Shown here one piece after another: positions 38,017 to 50,914 of a DNA stretch of 64,000 bases. Every line of letters starts with the position of its first letter. The first letter of the stretch is position 1. The stretch comes from Octopus vulgaris (Eukaryota). Position numbers and translations under genes: made by a program. Location of the stretch: contig OX597835.1 in the NCBI GenBank assembly GCA_951406725.2, positions 43,400,001-43,464,000 on the forward strand, given 5' to 3'. The notes beneath the pieces are model-generated. The model saw only the letters and a program-made list of their open reading frames with translations. It did not search any database and was not told where the DNA came from.

Positions 38017-38410
38017 GAGTGGCTGTGTGGTAAGTAGCTTGTTTACCAACCACATGGTTCCGGGTTCACTCCCACCGCTGGCACCTTGGGCAAGTGTCTT
38101 CTACTATAGCCTAGGGCCGACCAAAGCCTTGTGAGTGGATTTGGTAGACGGAAACTGAAAGAAGCCCGTCGTATATATGTATATCTATATGTGTGTGTGT
38201 TTGTGTCTCTGTGTTTGTCCCCCCAACATCGCTTGACAACCGATGTTGGTGTGTTTACATCCCCGATATTTAACTGTTCGGCAAAAGAGACCGATAGAAT
38301 AAGTACTAGACTTACAAAGAATAAGTCCTGGGGTCGATTTGCTCGACTAAAGGCGGAACTCCAGTATGGCCGCAGTCAAATGACTGAAACAAGTAAAAGA
38401 GTAAAGAGTA
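38017..38410 (+). mobile_element. SINE family A copy
   Basis: Matches family A. Confidence 0.88.
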
Positions 38411-38814
38411 TATCTATTTTCGTTCGAAGCAAAACTATTTCGTAGGTGTCACAAATACAAAGGTATTTGTAATGGGTCGTATTGAAACGGACTCAAAATT
38501 GACGAACCTCAATCGGGTCTTGGGAAATGCATGTATGCGTGCGCGTGCGTGTGTTTGCTTGTCTCTCCTCACCTACCACTTGACAACCGGCTTTGGTTTG
38601 TTTACGTCCTCTTAGCCCAGCAGTTCGTTAAAAGTGTAATGGCTTTTACACAAATCCTATATAACTGCACCTTTTACTTTTTACTTGTTTCAGTCATTTG
38701 ACTGCGGCCATACTGGGGCACCACCTTCAGGAACTTTAGTTGAAAGAATCGCCCCAGTACTTACGGGGACGTAAACTCCCTTTCTTCAACTCTCCACACA
38801 GACACAGACATGGA

Positions 38815-38891
<77 letters not shown>

Positions 38892-38894
<3 letters not shown>

Positions 38895-39725
38895 TCAATA
38901 CCCAATAAATACACTGGACCTGGAGGGAATGCAATCCCAGAGGCACAGTCAGTGCGAGACCTGGGTATTTACATGAATAATGATGCAACCTTTCATGTGC
39001 ATGTTGCTTAATTGGCAATGAAATGTAGGCAGCTGACCGGATGGATTCTTATAGCCTTTAGAACAACAGACCAGGTAACCATGATTGTCCTCTGAAGGAC
39101 ACTTGTCCAAAGCCACTTTGACTATTGCTCTCAGCTATGGTCACCATCCAGTGTCAAGTTAATCACAGAACTTGAGGCGATCCAACGAAGCTACACGAAG
39201 AAGATAGCCTCTGTGCAACATATAAGCTATTGGGAAAGACTCAAGAGATTAAGACTCTATTCCTTAGAGCGTAGGCGAGAAAGATATGCCATAATATACA
39301 TCTGGAAGATCCTGGAAGGACTTGTCCCAAACTTTGGCATCGAGAGTTACACAAATGCTAGAACTGGGCGCCACTGCATAGTGCCAAGGACTCCAAATTT
39401 GCCATCAAGATGTAGGACAAGATACTGTGATAGCCTGGGCTTCAGAGGTCCACAGCTCTTCAATATCCTCCCGAAGGACCTGAGAGACCTGCATGGGGTG
39501 GATGCAGATGTCTTTAAAATAAAACTGGATCTCTTCCTGTCAGGTGTCCCGGATGAACCAACTTCACGGCAGGAGGTGCAGATGTGGGCAGCTGCGTCGA
39601 ACTCTCTCATGCACCAAATGGCAATTGCTAAAAAGCATTCGTGAACTAAAATCATGTAGCAACACCGAATGGCGGTGCCCCAGCATGGCCACAGCTCGTG
39701 AGCTGAAACTAGATGAAATATAAAA
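38892..39725 (+). mobile_element. CR1-like LINE 3' end (candidate partner of SINE A)
   Basis: DYCSQLWSP...LEAIQRSYTK...YWERLKRLRLYSLERRRERY; 3' UTR GGCGGTGCCCCAGCATGGCCACAG...CTGAAAC. Confidence 0.9.
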
Positions 39726-39734
39726 TATAATATA

Positions 39735-39796
<62 letters not shown>

Positions 39797-39801
<5 letters not shown>

Positions 39802-39923
39802 AAGAGCGTAGGCTCGAAATGTAAAAGACTTTCTCACTTTCCGAGCGTCAAACTAATACACCTGCTTGTTGTTTTTACTGTTTATACATCATTCTTCGTG
39901 TTTTACTTTTCTGTAAATTTCAA

Positions 39924-39926
<3 letters not shown>
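39797..39926 (+). mobile_element. Short Penelope-like element P1 in (TA)n
   Basis: TGTTGAAGAGCGTAGGCTCGAAATGTAAAAG plus P1 tail. Confidence 0.6.
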
Positions 39927-39978
<52 letters not shown>

Positions 39979-39980
<2 letters not shown>

Positions 39981-40886
39981 AGGAGCTACTTAAAAGTAAC
40001 CGGAAACGTTCTATGTGGCACAAGGCAGTTGTATTTCTGGCTTCCGCCGCTAGAAACCACTTGATGCGACCCTCAGGCATCAATCTGCCGACCAGCATCG
40101 TTGAGTCTAGTCTTACTTCCACGTGGTGCATCTTTGTTTTGCCGTGCTTCTCCCCCATTCGTCGATTTTTTACAATGACTGAAACGAGAGAACAGCATGT
40201 TTCCATGAAATTCTGTTTCCTGCTGGGGGAAAACGGCAGCCGAAATACTTGTCAAGCTTCAAACAGCTTACAAGGGCACTGCTACTAGCAAAACACAAGT
40301 TTACGAGTGGTTTCCAAACTTTATGAGTTGTCGCTTGTCGCTTGAAAACCAACCTCGTTCGGGGCGACCGTCGACCTCACGAAAATTCATGAACTGATCT
40401 TGGAAAATCTTCGACGAACAATTGACAAACTTGCTGACATGATTGGTGTGTCCTGGAGCGGCTACCAACGAATTTTGAGCGAAGAATTGCGAATGAAAAG
40501 AGTTGCAATAAAATTTGTGCCTCGCTTGCACGCGGAAGATCAAAAACAGTCGCAACTGAATGCGTGACCTCTCTTACCCACCTGCCCTATTCATCCGATC
40601 TTTCTCCCTGCGACTTTGTTTTTTTCTTTTGTTTCCCCGAATGAAAAAAGTCCTTAAAGCAAAACGTTTTGCAGATGTAGAAGAAGTGAAGAAAAAAAGA
40701 CGGAGGCATCAAACGGCATCACTTGGCAATAGTTCCAGGACTGCTTCGAACAGTGGAAAATCCCCGTCTGGACCGATGCATTGCTTCAAACGGAGATTAC
40801 TTTGAAGGCGATAAAAGTGCAAACATTTAAAACTAAGTGAATGAAATAATATTGCAAAATTCCAGTTTCTTTTGGGTACCTCCTCC
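39979..40886 (+). mobile_element. Internally deleted mariner transposon
   Basis: TA-flanked imperfect TIRs; MTETREQHVSMKFCFLLG, PRSGRP, KFVPR and PYSSDLSPCDF remnants. Confidence 0.88.
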
Positions 40887-40914
40887 TATATATATATATA
40901 TATATATATATATC

Positions 40915-41144
40915 AAAGAGGAGGAAAAGGATCCCATCAACTTTAAACGGAGTCTGAGTCTGGATAGATTCCTTCAAAGAATACCAGATAAGCCACCCAT
41001 AATTGGATACAACTCACCCAACAAGAACTCACTACTTGAACAAAACTTGACTTAAACAGGATTCGAATAATCCTATCAGGTGGTGCTATTAAGTTAGACA
41101 TGGCCTGGACCAATCTTTGGTCGAAACATATCTAAGTTATCTAA

Positions 41145-41146
<2 letters not shown>
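40915..41146 (+). mobile_element. CR1-like LINE extreme 3' end
   Basis: LDRFLQRIPDKP...NKNSLLE and 3' UTR homologous to 35893-36090. Confidence 0.75.
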
Positions 41147-41196
<50 letters not shown>

Positions 41197-41198
<2 letters not shown>

Positions 41199-41741
41199 GA
41201 AATTTACAGAAAAGTAAAAGGATCTTTTCGGTTTGAACGGCAATTTTTTCTAGCGGTGTCATATGAAATTGTCACCCATAATTATGACCCTAGTATCGAT
41301 CTATTGCATTTCAATCTAGTTTAGAGTTAGGGTTGGTTAGGGTTAGGTTTAGGGGTGGGGGAAAGGTATCTTTTTTTCTTCAGAAATGTAAATAAACCTA
41401 ATCTGTTTCTTAAACGAGGGACATATTCATACGGCACAACATGTTTTCACCTCAATAGACGTCATTGATTGGTTGAAATTAAAAAAACAACAAATATCTT
41501 ACAAACTATAGAATTTTCTCAATAAAACCAAGAGAAAAAGATGTTTTATAAACACATTCTACCAGTATACGAAGTTTAAAATTTTTTAGTTACCTAGAAA
41601 ATTATGTTAAAAACTGCCGTTCAAACCGAAAAGATACAAGTAAAAGACGAAGAATGGTGTATAAACAACAAGCAGGTGTATTAGTTTGACGCTCGGGAAG
41701 GTGAGAAAGTCTTTTACATTTCGAGCCTACGCTCTTCAACA
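41197..41741 (-). mobile_element. P1 element interrupted by MITE M1 (41220-41637)
   Basis: P1 halves flank M1; perfect TSD AAGTAAAA. Confidence 0.85.
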
Positions 41742-41789
41742 TCTTTCTAGCAATTCTTTCCTGCGATATCCTAATTTCATGTCATCCGT

Positions 41790-42165
41790 AGAGCCCCTTG
41801 TGGGTAATAAAGAAATAGGTATTTCGTCTGCCACTACGTTCTGAGTTGAAATTCCGCCGAGGTCGACTTTGCCTTTCATCCTTTCGGGGTCGATAACTTA
41901 AGTACCAGTTGCGCACTGGGGTCGATGTAATCGACTTAATCCCTTTGTCTGTCCTTGTTTGTCCCCTCTATGTTTAGTTCCTTGTGGGCAATAAAGAAAT
42001 AAAAATCGTTAATACTCGGGTCATACGTTCTGAATTCAAATTCCGTCGAGGTCAACTTTGCCTTTCATCCTTTCGGGGCTGCTAGAATAAGTACCAGTTA
42101 TGTATTAGGGTCGATGTAATCGACTTACTCTCACTCCTAAAATGGCTAGCCTTGTACCAAAACTT
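41790..42165 (+). mobile_element. SINE B tail + headless SINE B + alternative-tail copy
   Basis: Junction AAAGAAATA|GGTATTTCGTCTG at ~41817. Confidence 0.8.
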
Positions 42166-42981
42166 TGAAGGCATTTTATCGTTGTTGTCGAACTCCAGGG
42201 AAAGAAACCCTAATCATGTGGACCTTTAATCAATGACGCTCCACTCGTGACCATCTTGACATTTTCCCATGCGCAATATGCCTAAAATAACAGTATTCAA
42301 CGTATCTGTTACTAAGACGGTTTTTAAGAGAGATGTTGCTGCTATTTCTAGCAGATCGAGCGACCACATTGGAGTGTATTCGTTGGTAGTGGCTTAGGCG
42401 TTGGTGCCAACGTGACAGGAAATAGGTCAAAGATTGAAAGCATAGTTTCATTTTAAAACTGGACAAAAGGGGTGTGACCAGCCGACACGCCTCGCTGGAC
42501 CTTGAGTTTAAATGGAAGAGCACATGGTTAATAAAATGAGGATTAATTTACAAATACTTTCTACCTTTTAACATCAGGATGTTGAGACGTGGAGAGGAGG
42601 GAGAAGGGTGGGGGGAGAGGAGGAGGAGGAGGAGGAAGTATGTGAAAGTTGCAGCCAAAGATTTATTATTCCGAGTATTTTATGTGGGGGTGGGGAAGGT
42701 TCATTAGTTGTCATCACAGTTGTCGTTATCGTCATCGTCGTCGTCGTCATCATCGTTGTCGTCATCGTTATCATCATCCTTATCATTCATCCCCATCGCC
42801 ATGGTTATCATCACCGTCATCATCATCATCATCATCATCGTCATCATCATCATCGTCATCATCATCGTCATCATCATCATCGTCGTCATCATCATCATCA
42901 TCAAAATCATGATCGTCGTCATTATCGCCATTCTCATAGTCTTTCATTGGTTTCATTTGTAGCCATGCTGGAGCACCGTCC

Positions 42982-43280
42982 GGCGTTCCTTCGTTTTAAC
43001 CTGACAAAACTATAACAAGATCTCGGTTGTTTCCGTGTCAACTCGACAATTTACTTCGGATATCTTCGTGGCAGTGCGCGTGTTCTGTTTTTATGTATTC
43101 ATGTGTTCTGGAATATAGATATAACGAAATTATGCCAGCAAAAAAGCCTTGCATATTTGTTCTTACCTGAAATCCGAAAATTTCCGGAGGTCACGAAGAT
43201 ATCCGAAGTGGATTGGCGAGTTGTCACGGAAACAACCGAGGTCTTGTTATGGTTTTGTCGAGTTGAAACGAAGGAACGCC
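42982..43280. mobile_element. GG...CC MITE with ~90-bp TIRs (Merlin-like family M2)
   Basis: GGCGTTCCTTCGTTT...ATCTTCGTG / CACGAAGAT...AAACGAAGGAACGCC; imperfect 8-bp TSD CACCGTCC/CACCGCCT inside a SINE A tail. Confidence 0.85.
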
Positions 43281-43632
43281 CACCGCCTTGATTTATTTTC
43301 TTTCAGTTTTGTTGTCACTTTTTTATTGGAAATTGGTCTCTAAGATTTTGGTCTCTAAGATTTTGTCTGTGGCAGCTGATCTTCCCTGAATGGTATCATT
43401 GAATGGTTGGCTCGTCTGGTGTCGTCATTAGGAATTTATGCAGTGTTTCTTTGAGTGTTTATTTTTCCTGGCAGGAAGCTGAACTATTGAGGATCTCTAA
43501 ATATCAGAGTGATTTCGAAAGTGGTATATTTGGAAGCTGACAATAACTACCAGCTCGTGCATTAGAATTTTTTTCTAATGCCCCTCCAAGATTTTCTATA
43601 CGTATATGATAGTATGATAGTATATATATATA

Positions 43633-43832
43633 TAAAACTGGATCTCTTCCTGTCAGGTGTCCCAGATGAACCAACTTCACGGCAGGAGGTGCAGATGAGG
43701 GCAGCTGCATCGAACTCTCTCATGCCCCAAATGGCAATTGCTAATAAGCATTCGTGAAGTAAAATCATGTAGCAACACCAAATGGCGGTGCCCCAGCATG
43801 GCCACAGCTCGTGAGCTGAAACTAGATGAAAT
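43633..43832 (+). mobile_element. Short 5'-truncated copy of the CR1 at 38892-39725
   Basis: Nearly identical to 39520-39720. Confidence 0.9.
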
Positions 43833-44170
43833 ATATATATATATAAGCACACGCACACACCCGCGCACACACACACACATGCTCTCTCCACTTTCTCCCC
43901 ATTCTTCATCCTCTTGTACTATCTTATATACCTCCCCACCACTACACACTCATTAACACTATAAAATGGTCAAAATTTTTCCACAGGAACTTAGTTCCAT
44001 TTGAAAAATCCACCAGAATGGACGAAAGCGCTATTATATGATATATGATATAAGTTATATGATGTATAAAAACATGTAATATACAAATAAATATCTGTAA
44101 ATATAAAACCAGCTGAATTTCTGAGTACCTCATTTCTGCTAATATATAATACCTGTACATCATCTCCAAA

Positions 44171-44214
<44 letters not shown>

Positions 44215-44216
<2 letters not shown>

Positions 44217-44990
44217 TCGGCGTTCAGGAGAGCAGAGACGCAGATCTTTCAGGTGTTTCCAATGAGTAAAGATTTTAACTGATGTTATTTCACAAGTAAA
44301 CGTTCTTTGTAACCCTTCAATCTCTTCGGATCTTTTCGGTTTGAATGGCAGTTTTTCTAGCGGTGCCATATGAAATTGTCACCCATAATTATGACCCTAG
44401 TATCGATCTATTGCATTTCAATCTGTTTTAGGGGTGGGGGGAGGGTATCCTTTTTTTTATATTCAGAAATGTAAATAAACCCAATCTGTTTCTTAAACAA
44501 GGGACATATTCATACGGCACAGAATGTTTTCACGCTAATAGATGTCATTGATTGGTTGAAATTGCAGATATTGAAGAAAAACAACAACAAATATCTTACA
44601 AACTATAGAATTTTCTCAATAAAGCCAAGAGAAAAAGATGTTTTATAAACACATTCTACCAGTATTCGAAGTTTAAAAGTGTTCAGTTACGTGGAAATTA
44701 TTTTTAAAAACTGCCGTTCAAACCGAAAAGATCCTCTCTTCTATGAAACCGGATGAGTTTGGGGACCAAAGTTGTGATCAGTCATCTAATCTGTTCAAAA
44801 CTAAGGTTTTCCATAGAGTTAGCATAAATACTGGTTGGTTCTCTAGTCACGAAGGTTCGTAGGATCCTTTCTCAGGTGTCTGCATTTAAAGGTTAGTTTG
44901 GTCTTGTGGCTGACGAAAGATGCATCACTTGTCATGATTACTCCTAAATCCCTTACGTCATTAGCGCTTTGAATCGTGTTATCCGGTGTC
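44215..44990 (-). mobile_element. Decayed CR1-like fragment split by MITE M1 (44328-44734)
   Basis: EEIEGLQRTFT...LKDLRLCSPERRR; M1 TIRs with TCTCTTC duplication. Confidence 0.78.
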
Positions 44991-45329
44991 AAATATTACG
45001 ATTTTTATGTATTCCCTCCGTCGTGCAGATCAAGTGATTCTTATGAATATGTTGCTTTCAATATGCTTCTTTCTGTTTCCATCTACCCCAATCCACTCTC
45101 TAGCTTTGGTCGGTCCGAGGCTTTGGTAGAAGACATCCAGGATGACACGCTGTGGGACTAAGCTCGAAACCAAATGACTGGGAAGCAAATTTCCTACCAC
45201 AGAGCCACACCAACGCCTATATGCGCGCGTGCATTAGCTTTTACTTGCTTTAGCCATTAGACTGCAGCGATGCTGGGACACCGCCTTGAACTTTAGTTAA
45301 ACGAATGGACCACAGTACTATTCTTCAAG

Positions 45330-45553
45330 TCTGGCAGAAACGTTAGCACACCGGGCGAAATGCTAAGCAATATTTCGTCTGTCGCTACGTTCTGAGTTCA
45401 AATTCCGCCGAGGTCGACTTTGCTTTTCATCCTTTCGGGGGCGATTAAATAAGTTCCAGTTACGCACTGGGGTCGATGTAATCGACTTAATACCTATCTC
45501 TGCCCTTGTTTGTCCTCTTTGTGTTTAGCCCCTTGTGGGCAGTAAAGAAATAG
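45330..45553 (+). mobile_element. SINE B copy inside a decayed SINE A tail
   Basis: Matches family B. Confidence 0.85.
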
Positions 45554-46253
45554 GTGTCTTTTGCCGAACCGCTAGGTTACGGAGACAAGCAGTGGTGGGG
45601 AACGAACACAGACACAAATCCACACATATACATATAACTAGAGAAATAGTGATCTTTGTTTAATAACCAGTTGGTCTAGCAAGTGGGGCCTCATATCAGT
45701 GAGGGGGTGGTGCGCATTGATGGCGTCGAGAGGTAGGCCCCGAAATGGCGCGCATTCTCTCCTGATGACCCCATACACTTGCTGGCTTCCGGTATGCGGA
45801 GTTCTCGACTGGTAGCACTTGCATGTGCAAGTTGTTTACAAGACATCTACGACATGCATATATAAACATTATCGACCATACATACTTAATATACATCGCA
45901 TGTATGTTTACTGGTAAGCTGCGAATTAACGTGGTGGAGTTGACTCCCTCAAAGTGCCGGATGTTAAGACACCCCACATCCCATTCAGGAGTGATGGACA
46001 TCGATGTTTCGCTTGTGATCTTCCTCAAATGGCTCTCTACCGTCCCTGTTATTTGTAAACTGTCCCCTTAATGTTCCTCTCATTCGATGCCCTTGTGGAA
46101 AATAAAGAAATCATCATCATCATCATTGCTATTATTATTGAGTTGTCTCGTGAAGGCGGCGAGCTGGCAGAGTCGTTAGCACGCTGGACGAAATGCATAC
46201 ATTCCGAGTTTAGCGAAGTTGTGAGTTCCAATTCCATTGAGGTCGACTTTGCT

Positions 46254-46286
<33 letters not shown>

Positions 46287-46651
46287 GTATGTATGTACAT
46301 GTGTGTGTGTCTGTGTTTGTCCCCCCAACATCGATTGACAACCGATGGTGGTGTGTTTACGTCCCCGTAACATTAGCGGTTCGGCATAAGAGACCGACAG
46401 AACAAGTACTAGGCTTACAAAGAATAAGTCCTGGGGTCGATTTACTCGACTAAAGGTGGTGCTCCAGCGTGGCCGCAGTCAAATGGCTGAAACAAGTAAA
46501 AGAGTGAAGAGTATTTGTTCTGACCTTACATTCTGAGTTTGCAGACGTTGACTGCTTTTCATCAATAAAATAAGTTATAATTGAGCACTGCAGTCGATGT
46601 AATGGACTAATCCGCTTCCCTAAAAGATTTCAGGCCTTTATGCCTTTAGTA

Positions 46652-47396
46652 CAGTGGTTCACAACCATTTTTTTTCTATGGATCCCTTCGATTACTATTT
46701 TGCTCTCGTGGACGACCCATAGCCTTTCGATGTTTAAAAACTAGTTTTATAGAAACCTCTTTCAAACTTCCAATTTTGTTTTTCACACTGGAGTGGCTGT
46801 GTGGTAAGTAGCTTGCTTATGAACTACATGGTTCCGGGTTCAGTCCCACTGCGTGGCATCTTGGGCAAATGTCTTCTACCATAGCCTCGGGCCGACCAAT
46901 GCCTTGTGAGTGGATTTGGTAGACGGAAACTGAAAGAAGCCTGTCGTATGTATGTATATATATATATATGTATGTATGTGTGTGTGTTTGTGTGTCTGTG
47001 TTTGTCCCTCTAGCATTGCTTGACAACCTGGTGTGTTTACGTCCCCGTCACTTAGCGGTTCGGCAAAAAGAGACCGATAGAATAAGTACTGGGCTTACAA
47101 AGAATAAGTCCCGGGGTCGATTTGCTCGACTAAAGGCGGTGCCCCAGCATGGCCGCAGTCAAATGACTGAAACAAGTAAAAGTAAAAAGTAAGTAAAGTA
47201 AAAGTAAAGTATTCACTTGCGTTGGATGAATTATGTAAAATGTGAGAGAAAGAAATTTAGCTGTTTCTTACATCCAAATCAAAGTGTTTTCATGGGCCCT
47301 TAATATACTACTCTGGATTCCCAGTTAGCTATTATTTTTTTATTTTTTTGCGTGAACCGCCAAAAATCTTAGATGGACTCCTGTTGAGAATCACTG
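46652..47396. mobile_element. hAT (Charlie-like) MITE containing a SINE A (46789-47210)
   Basis: TIRs CAGTGGTTCACAAC / GTTGAGAATCACTG; TSD CTTTAGTA/CTTTAATA. Confidence 0.82.
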
Positions 47397-47778
47397 CTTT
47401 AATAGAAATATTATTATTATTAAAGCGAAAATCGTTAGCACGCCAGGCAAAATGCTTAGCGGTATTTCTGAGTTCAAATTCCGCCGTGGTCGACTTCACC
47501 TTTCATCCTTTCGGGGTCGATAAAATAAGTACCAGTTGAACACTGGGGTCGATGTAATCGACTCATCCTCTCCTCCAAAGTTGCTGCCCTGGTGGCAAAA
47601 TTTGAAACCATTATTAAGGTGGCGAGCTGACGGAATCGTCAGCACACCGGGCAAAAAGCTTCGAGATATTTCGTCTTACCTCCTCCCCCAAAACCGCTGG
47701 CCTTGTGCAAAAATTTGAAATCATTATTATTATTTTTTTTATTTAGTTATTTAGTTCCTAAATCTAAAAGAAAAAAAC

Positions 47779-47935
47779 AGTGTGGTAAGTAGCTTGCTTA
47801 CCAACCACATGGTTCCGGGTTCAGTCCCACTGCGTGGTATCTTGGGCAAGTGTCTTCTGCTATAGCCCCGGGTCGACCAATGCCTTGTGAGTGGATTTGG
47901 TAGACGGAAACTGAAAGAAGCTTGTCGTATATACG

Positions 47936-47970
<35 letters not shown>

Positions 47971-48186
47971 ATATATGTTTGTGTGTCTGTGTTTGTCCCC
48001 CTAGCATTGCTTGACAACCGATGCTGGTGTGTTTACGTCCCCGTCAATTAGCGGTTCGGCAAAATAGACCGATAGAATAAGTACTGGGCTTACAAAGAAT
48101 AAGTCCCGGGGTCGATTTGCTCGACTAAAGGCGGTGCTCCAGCATGGCCGCAGTCAAATGACTGAACCAAGTAAAAAAGAGAAAGA
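47779..48186 (+). mobile_element. SINE family A copy
   Basis: Matches family A. Confidence 0.88.
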
Positions 48187-48579
48187 GCAAAACAGCGTCC
48201 ATAACCTTTGCAGGTCCTCCAAGACCAGTGAGGTCGGTGCTTTCAATGTTCTGTTTAAATTATTGTTGGTCAACACCAGCAGGAAACACAGGAAAAGTGA
48301 GAAGATTCCAGTGGGATAAAAGTTCTGGGGAAAAAGGACTGTAATAAATTGGTGAATGCGAGGCCGAGGGAGGGGAGGGTTGGACGGGGTAAGGTGTGGG
48401 GGGACGTCTTAGAAATTAGCAAGCACATATTGAACAGAGTACTTCTTAAATGTTTTGGAAAATAGGATGGGTTTGTCACGACTGGGACGCTTTTGACCTA
48501 AGGTCTGCCTGCTCAGACAACACGACCGCCGACGCCAACACCTCCACTTCGGTCACCGCGGTTACCGCTGCTACAGTTA

Positions 48580-48811
48580 CCACCACCACCACCAACACCA
48601 ACACCACACCGCGTCCACCACCACCACCACCACCACCACCACCACCACCAACACCACCCGACCACGTCCTCTGACGCTACCATCCACCCTCATCATCACT
48701 ACCACCACCACCACCACCACCAACACCAACACCACCACCACCACCACCAACACCACCCGACCACGTCCTCTGACGCTACCATCCACCCTCATCATCACTA
48801 CCACCACCACC

Positions 48812-48843
<32 letters not shown>

Positions 48844-48965
48844 CACCACCACCACCACCACCACCACCACCAACACCACCCGACCACGTCCTCTGACGCT
48901 ACCATCCACCCTCGTCATCACCACCACCACCACCACCAACACCATTATCATCATCATCATCACCA
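48580..48965. repeat. Minisatellite: 3 x CCCGACCACGTCCTCTGACGCTACCATCCACCCTC separated by (CCA)n
   Basis: Seen directly. Confidence 0.9.
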
Positions 48966-49407
48966 ACCACTACCACCCTACATTATGAATCTCATTAAGG
49001 ATCCACACCACGTGGTTTGAGGCTTTGAAATTCCTTTCATTTTAGTAGGAGTAAATAACCTAAAAGTTATTTACCACCACCACCACCACCAACCCCACCA
49101 CCACCACCAACCCCATCGCCACCACTGTGGTCTATAGAGCACAACAACCAGGAAATACTACCGCCACCACCACCACCACCTCTATCATCACCGCCGTCAC
49201 CACCATTATCAACACAGTTACGATGACCACCACCCCAACAATTACTACCGAATAACAATTGTCACCGCCATATCACTAGGCCACCACCCTCGTCTTCACC
49301 AGCGCGAAAACCACCGACACCACCATCACCACCTCCTCCACTACGCCTACCACGTCATCAAACACTACTGCTACCATAATCTCCACCACAACCACCACTC
49401 AAACCAA

Positions 49408-49985
49408 CACCATCAGATCTACCTCCATCACCACCACCACCACCACCACCACTATCACCACCGCCACCACCATCAAATCTACCTCCGTCACCACCACCAC
49501 CACTATCACCACCGCCACCACCATCAAATCTACCTCCATCACCACCACCACCACTATCACCACCGCCACCACCATCAGATCTACCTCCGTCACCACCACC
49601 ACCACTATCACCACCGCCACCACCATCAGATCTACCTCCGTCACCACCACCACCACTATCACCACCGCCACCACCATCAGATCTACCTCCATCACCACCA
49701 CCACCACTATCACCATCGCCACCACCATCAGATCTACCTCCATCACCACCACCACCACTATCACCATCGCCACCACCATCAGATCTACCTCCATCACCAC
49801 CACCATCAGATCTACCTCCATCATCACCACCACCACTATCACCATCGCCACCACCATCAGATCTACCTCCATCACCACCACCACCACTATCACCATCGCC
49901 ACCACCATCAGATCTACCTCCGTCACCACCACCGCCACCACCATCAGATATACCTCCATCACCACCACCACCACTATCACCACCA
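49408..49985. repeat. Minisatellite, ~51-bp unit CCATCAGATCTACCTCCATCACCACCACCACCACTATCACCACCGCCACCA
   Basis: About 12 units, length variants in steps of 3 nt. Confidence 0.92.
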
Positions 49986-50467
49986 AAACAATCATCACCG
50001 CCATCACCTCCACTACACCTACAACGTCGTCCCCTCCCCACAATCACCGCCACCTCTTTTACTTACCATATTCATTCCCAGTAGAATGCCATCTCGAATA
50101 TTTCACGACGACTTCCCACAGACTGTATCGAAAAGTCATTAAAAATATAGTCTTTTTTTCCTTTCCTCTTTTCGTTTCTTTTCGACCCTCCACAACCATC
50201 CCTAACTCCTCAGCTACCCCGACTATCCCCCACTTTACCTCACATCCCTTTTGACCTTGAGATTTGTTGGGTTTTTCTTCTTTTTTCCTTTTGTATGAAA
50301 TTTCTTCCATTAGACACCAGCGAATGAGATAAAAGCCATATCTTCTGTTTGGCTTTTGTTTTTATGTCCGAATTCAATGTTAGACGTCCCCCGCCTTTGC
50401 TCACCTTTGACTGATAGTAACCTCTCTTGCGCGGCGGCGGATTAATGACAAACATTGTACTCAAATA

Positions 50468-50845
50468 TACTCTTTTACTTGTTTCAGTCATTTGACTGCG
50501 GCCATGCTGGAGCACTGCCTTTAGTCGAGGAAATCGACCCCATGACTTATTTTTTGTAAGCCTAGTTCTTACGGGGACGTAAGCTCACCAGTATCGGTTG
50601 TCAAGCGATGTTGGGGTGACAAACACCGACACACAAACACACACACACATATATACATATATAAGTATATATACATATATACGACGGGCTTCTTTCAGTT
50701 TCCGTCTACCAAATCCACTCACAAGGCTTTGGTCGGCCCGAGGCTATAGTAGAAGACACTTGCCCAAGGTGCCACGCAGTGGGATTGAACCCGGAACCAT
50801 GTGGTTGGTAAGCAAGCTACTTACCACACAGCCACTCCTGCGCCT
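50468..50845 (-). mobile_element. SINE family A copy
   Basis: Matches family A; CpGs intact. Confidence 0.88.
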
Positions 50846-50914
50846 ATGGAAACTTAGTTGTTGAAAAATCGATTCAAAACAACAGCAACAAGGAATAAAT
50901 AAAAAATAATAACA

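Noticed and set aside
49358-50053. 231-aa Gly/Asp-rich ORF (GGGDGGRSD)n resembling a structural protein
   Set aside because: It is a translation of a (CCA)-derived minisatellite that is open in several frames, with a non-ATG start, no signal peptide and no splice support.
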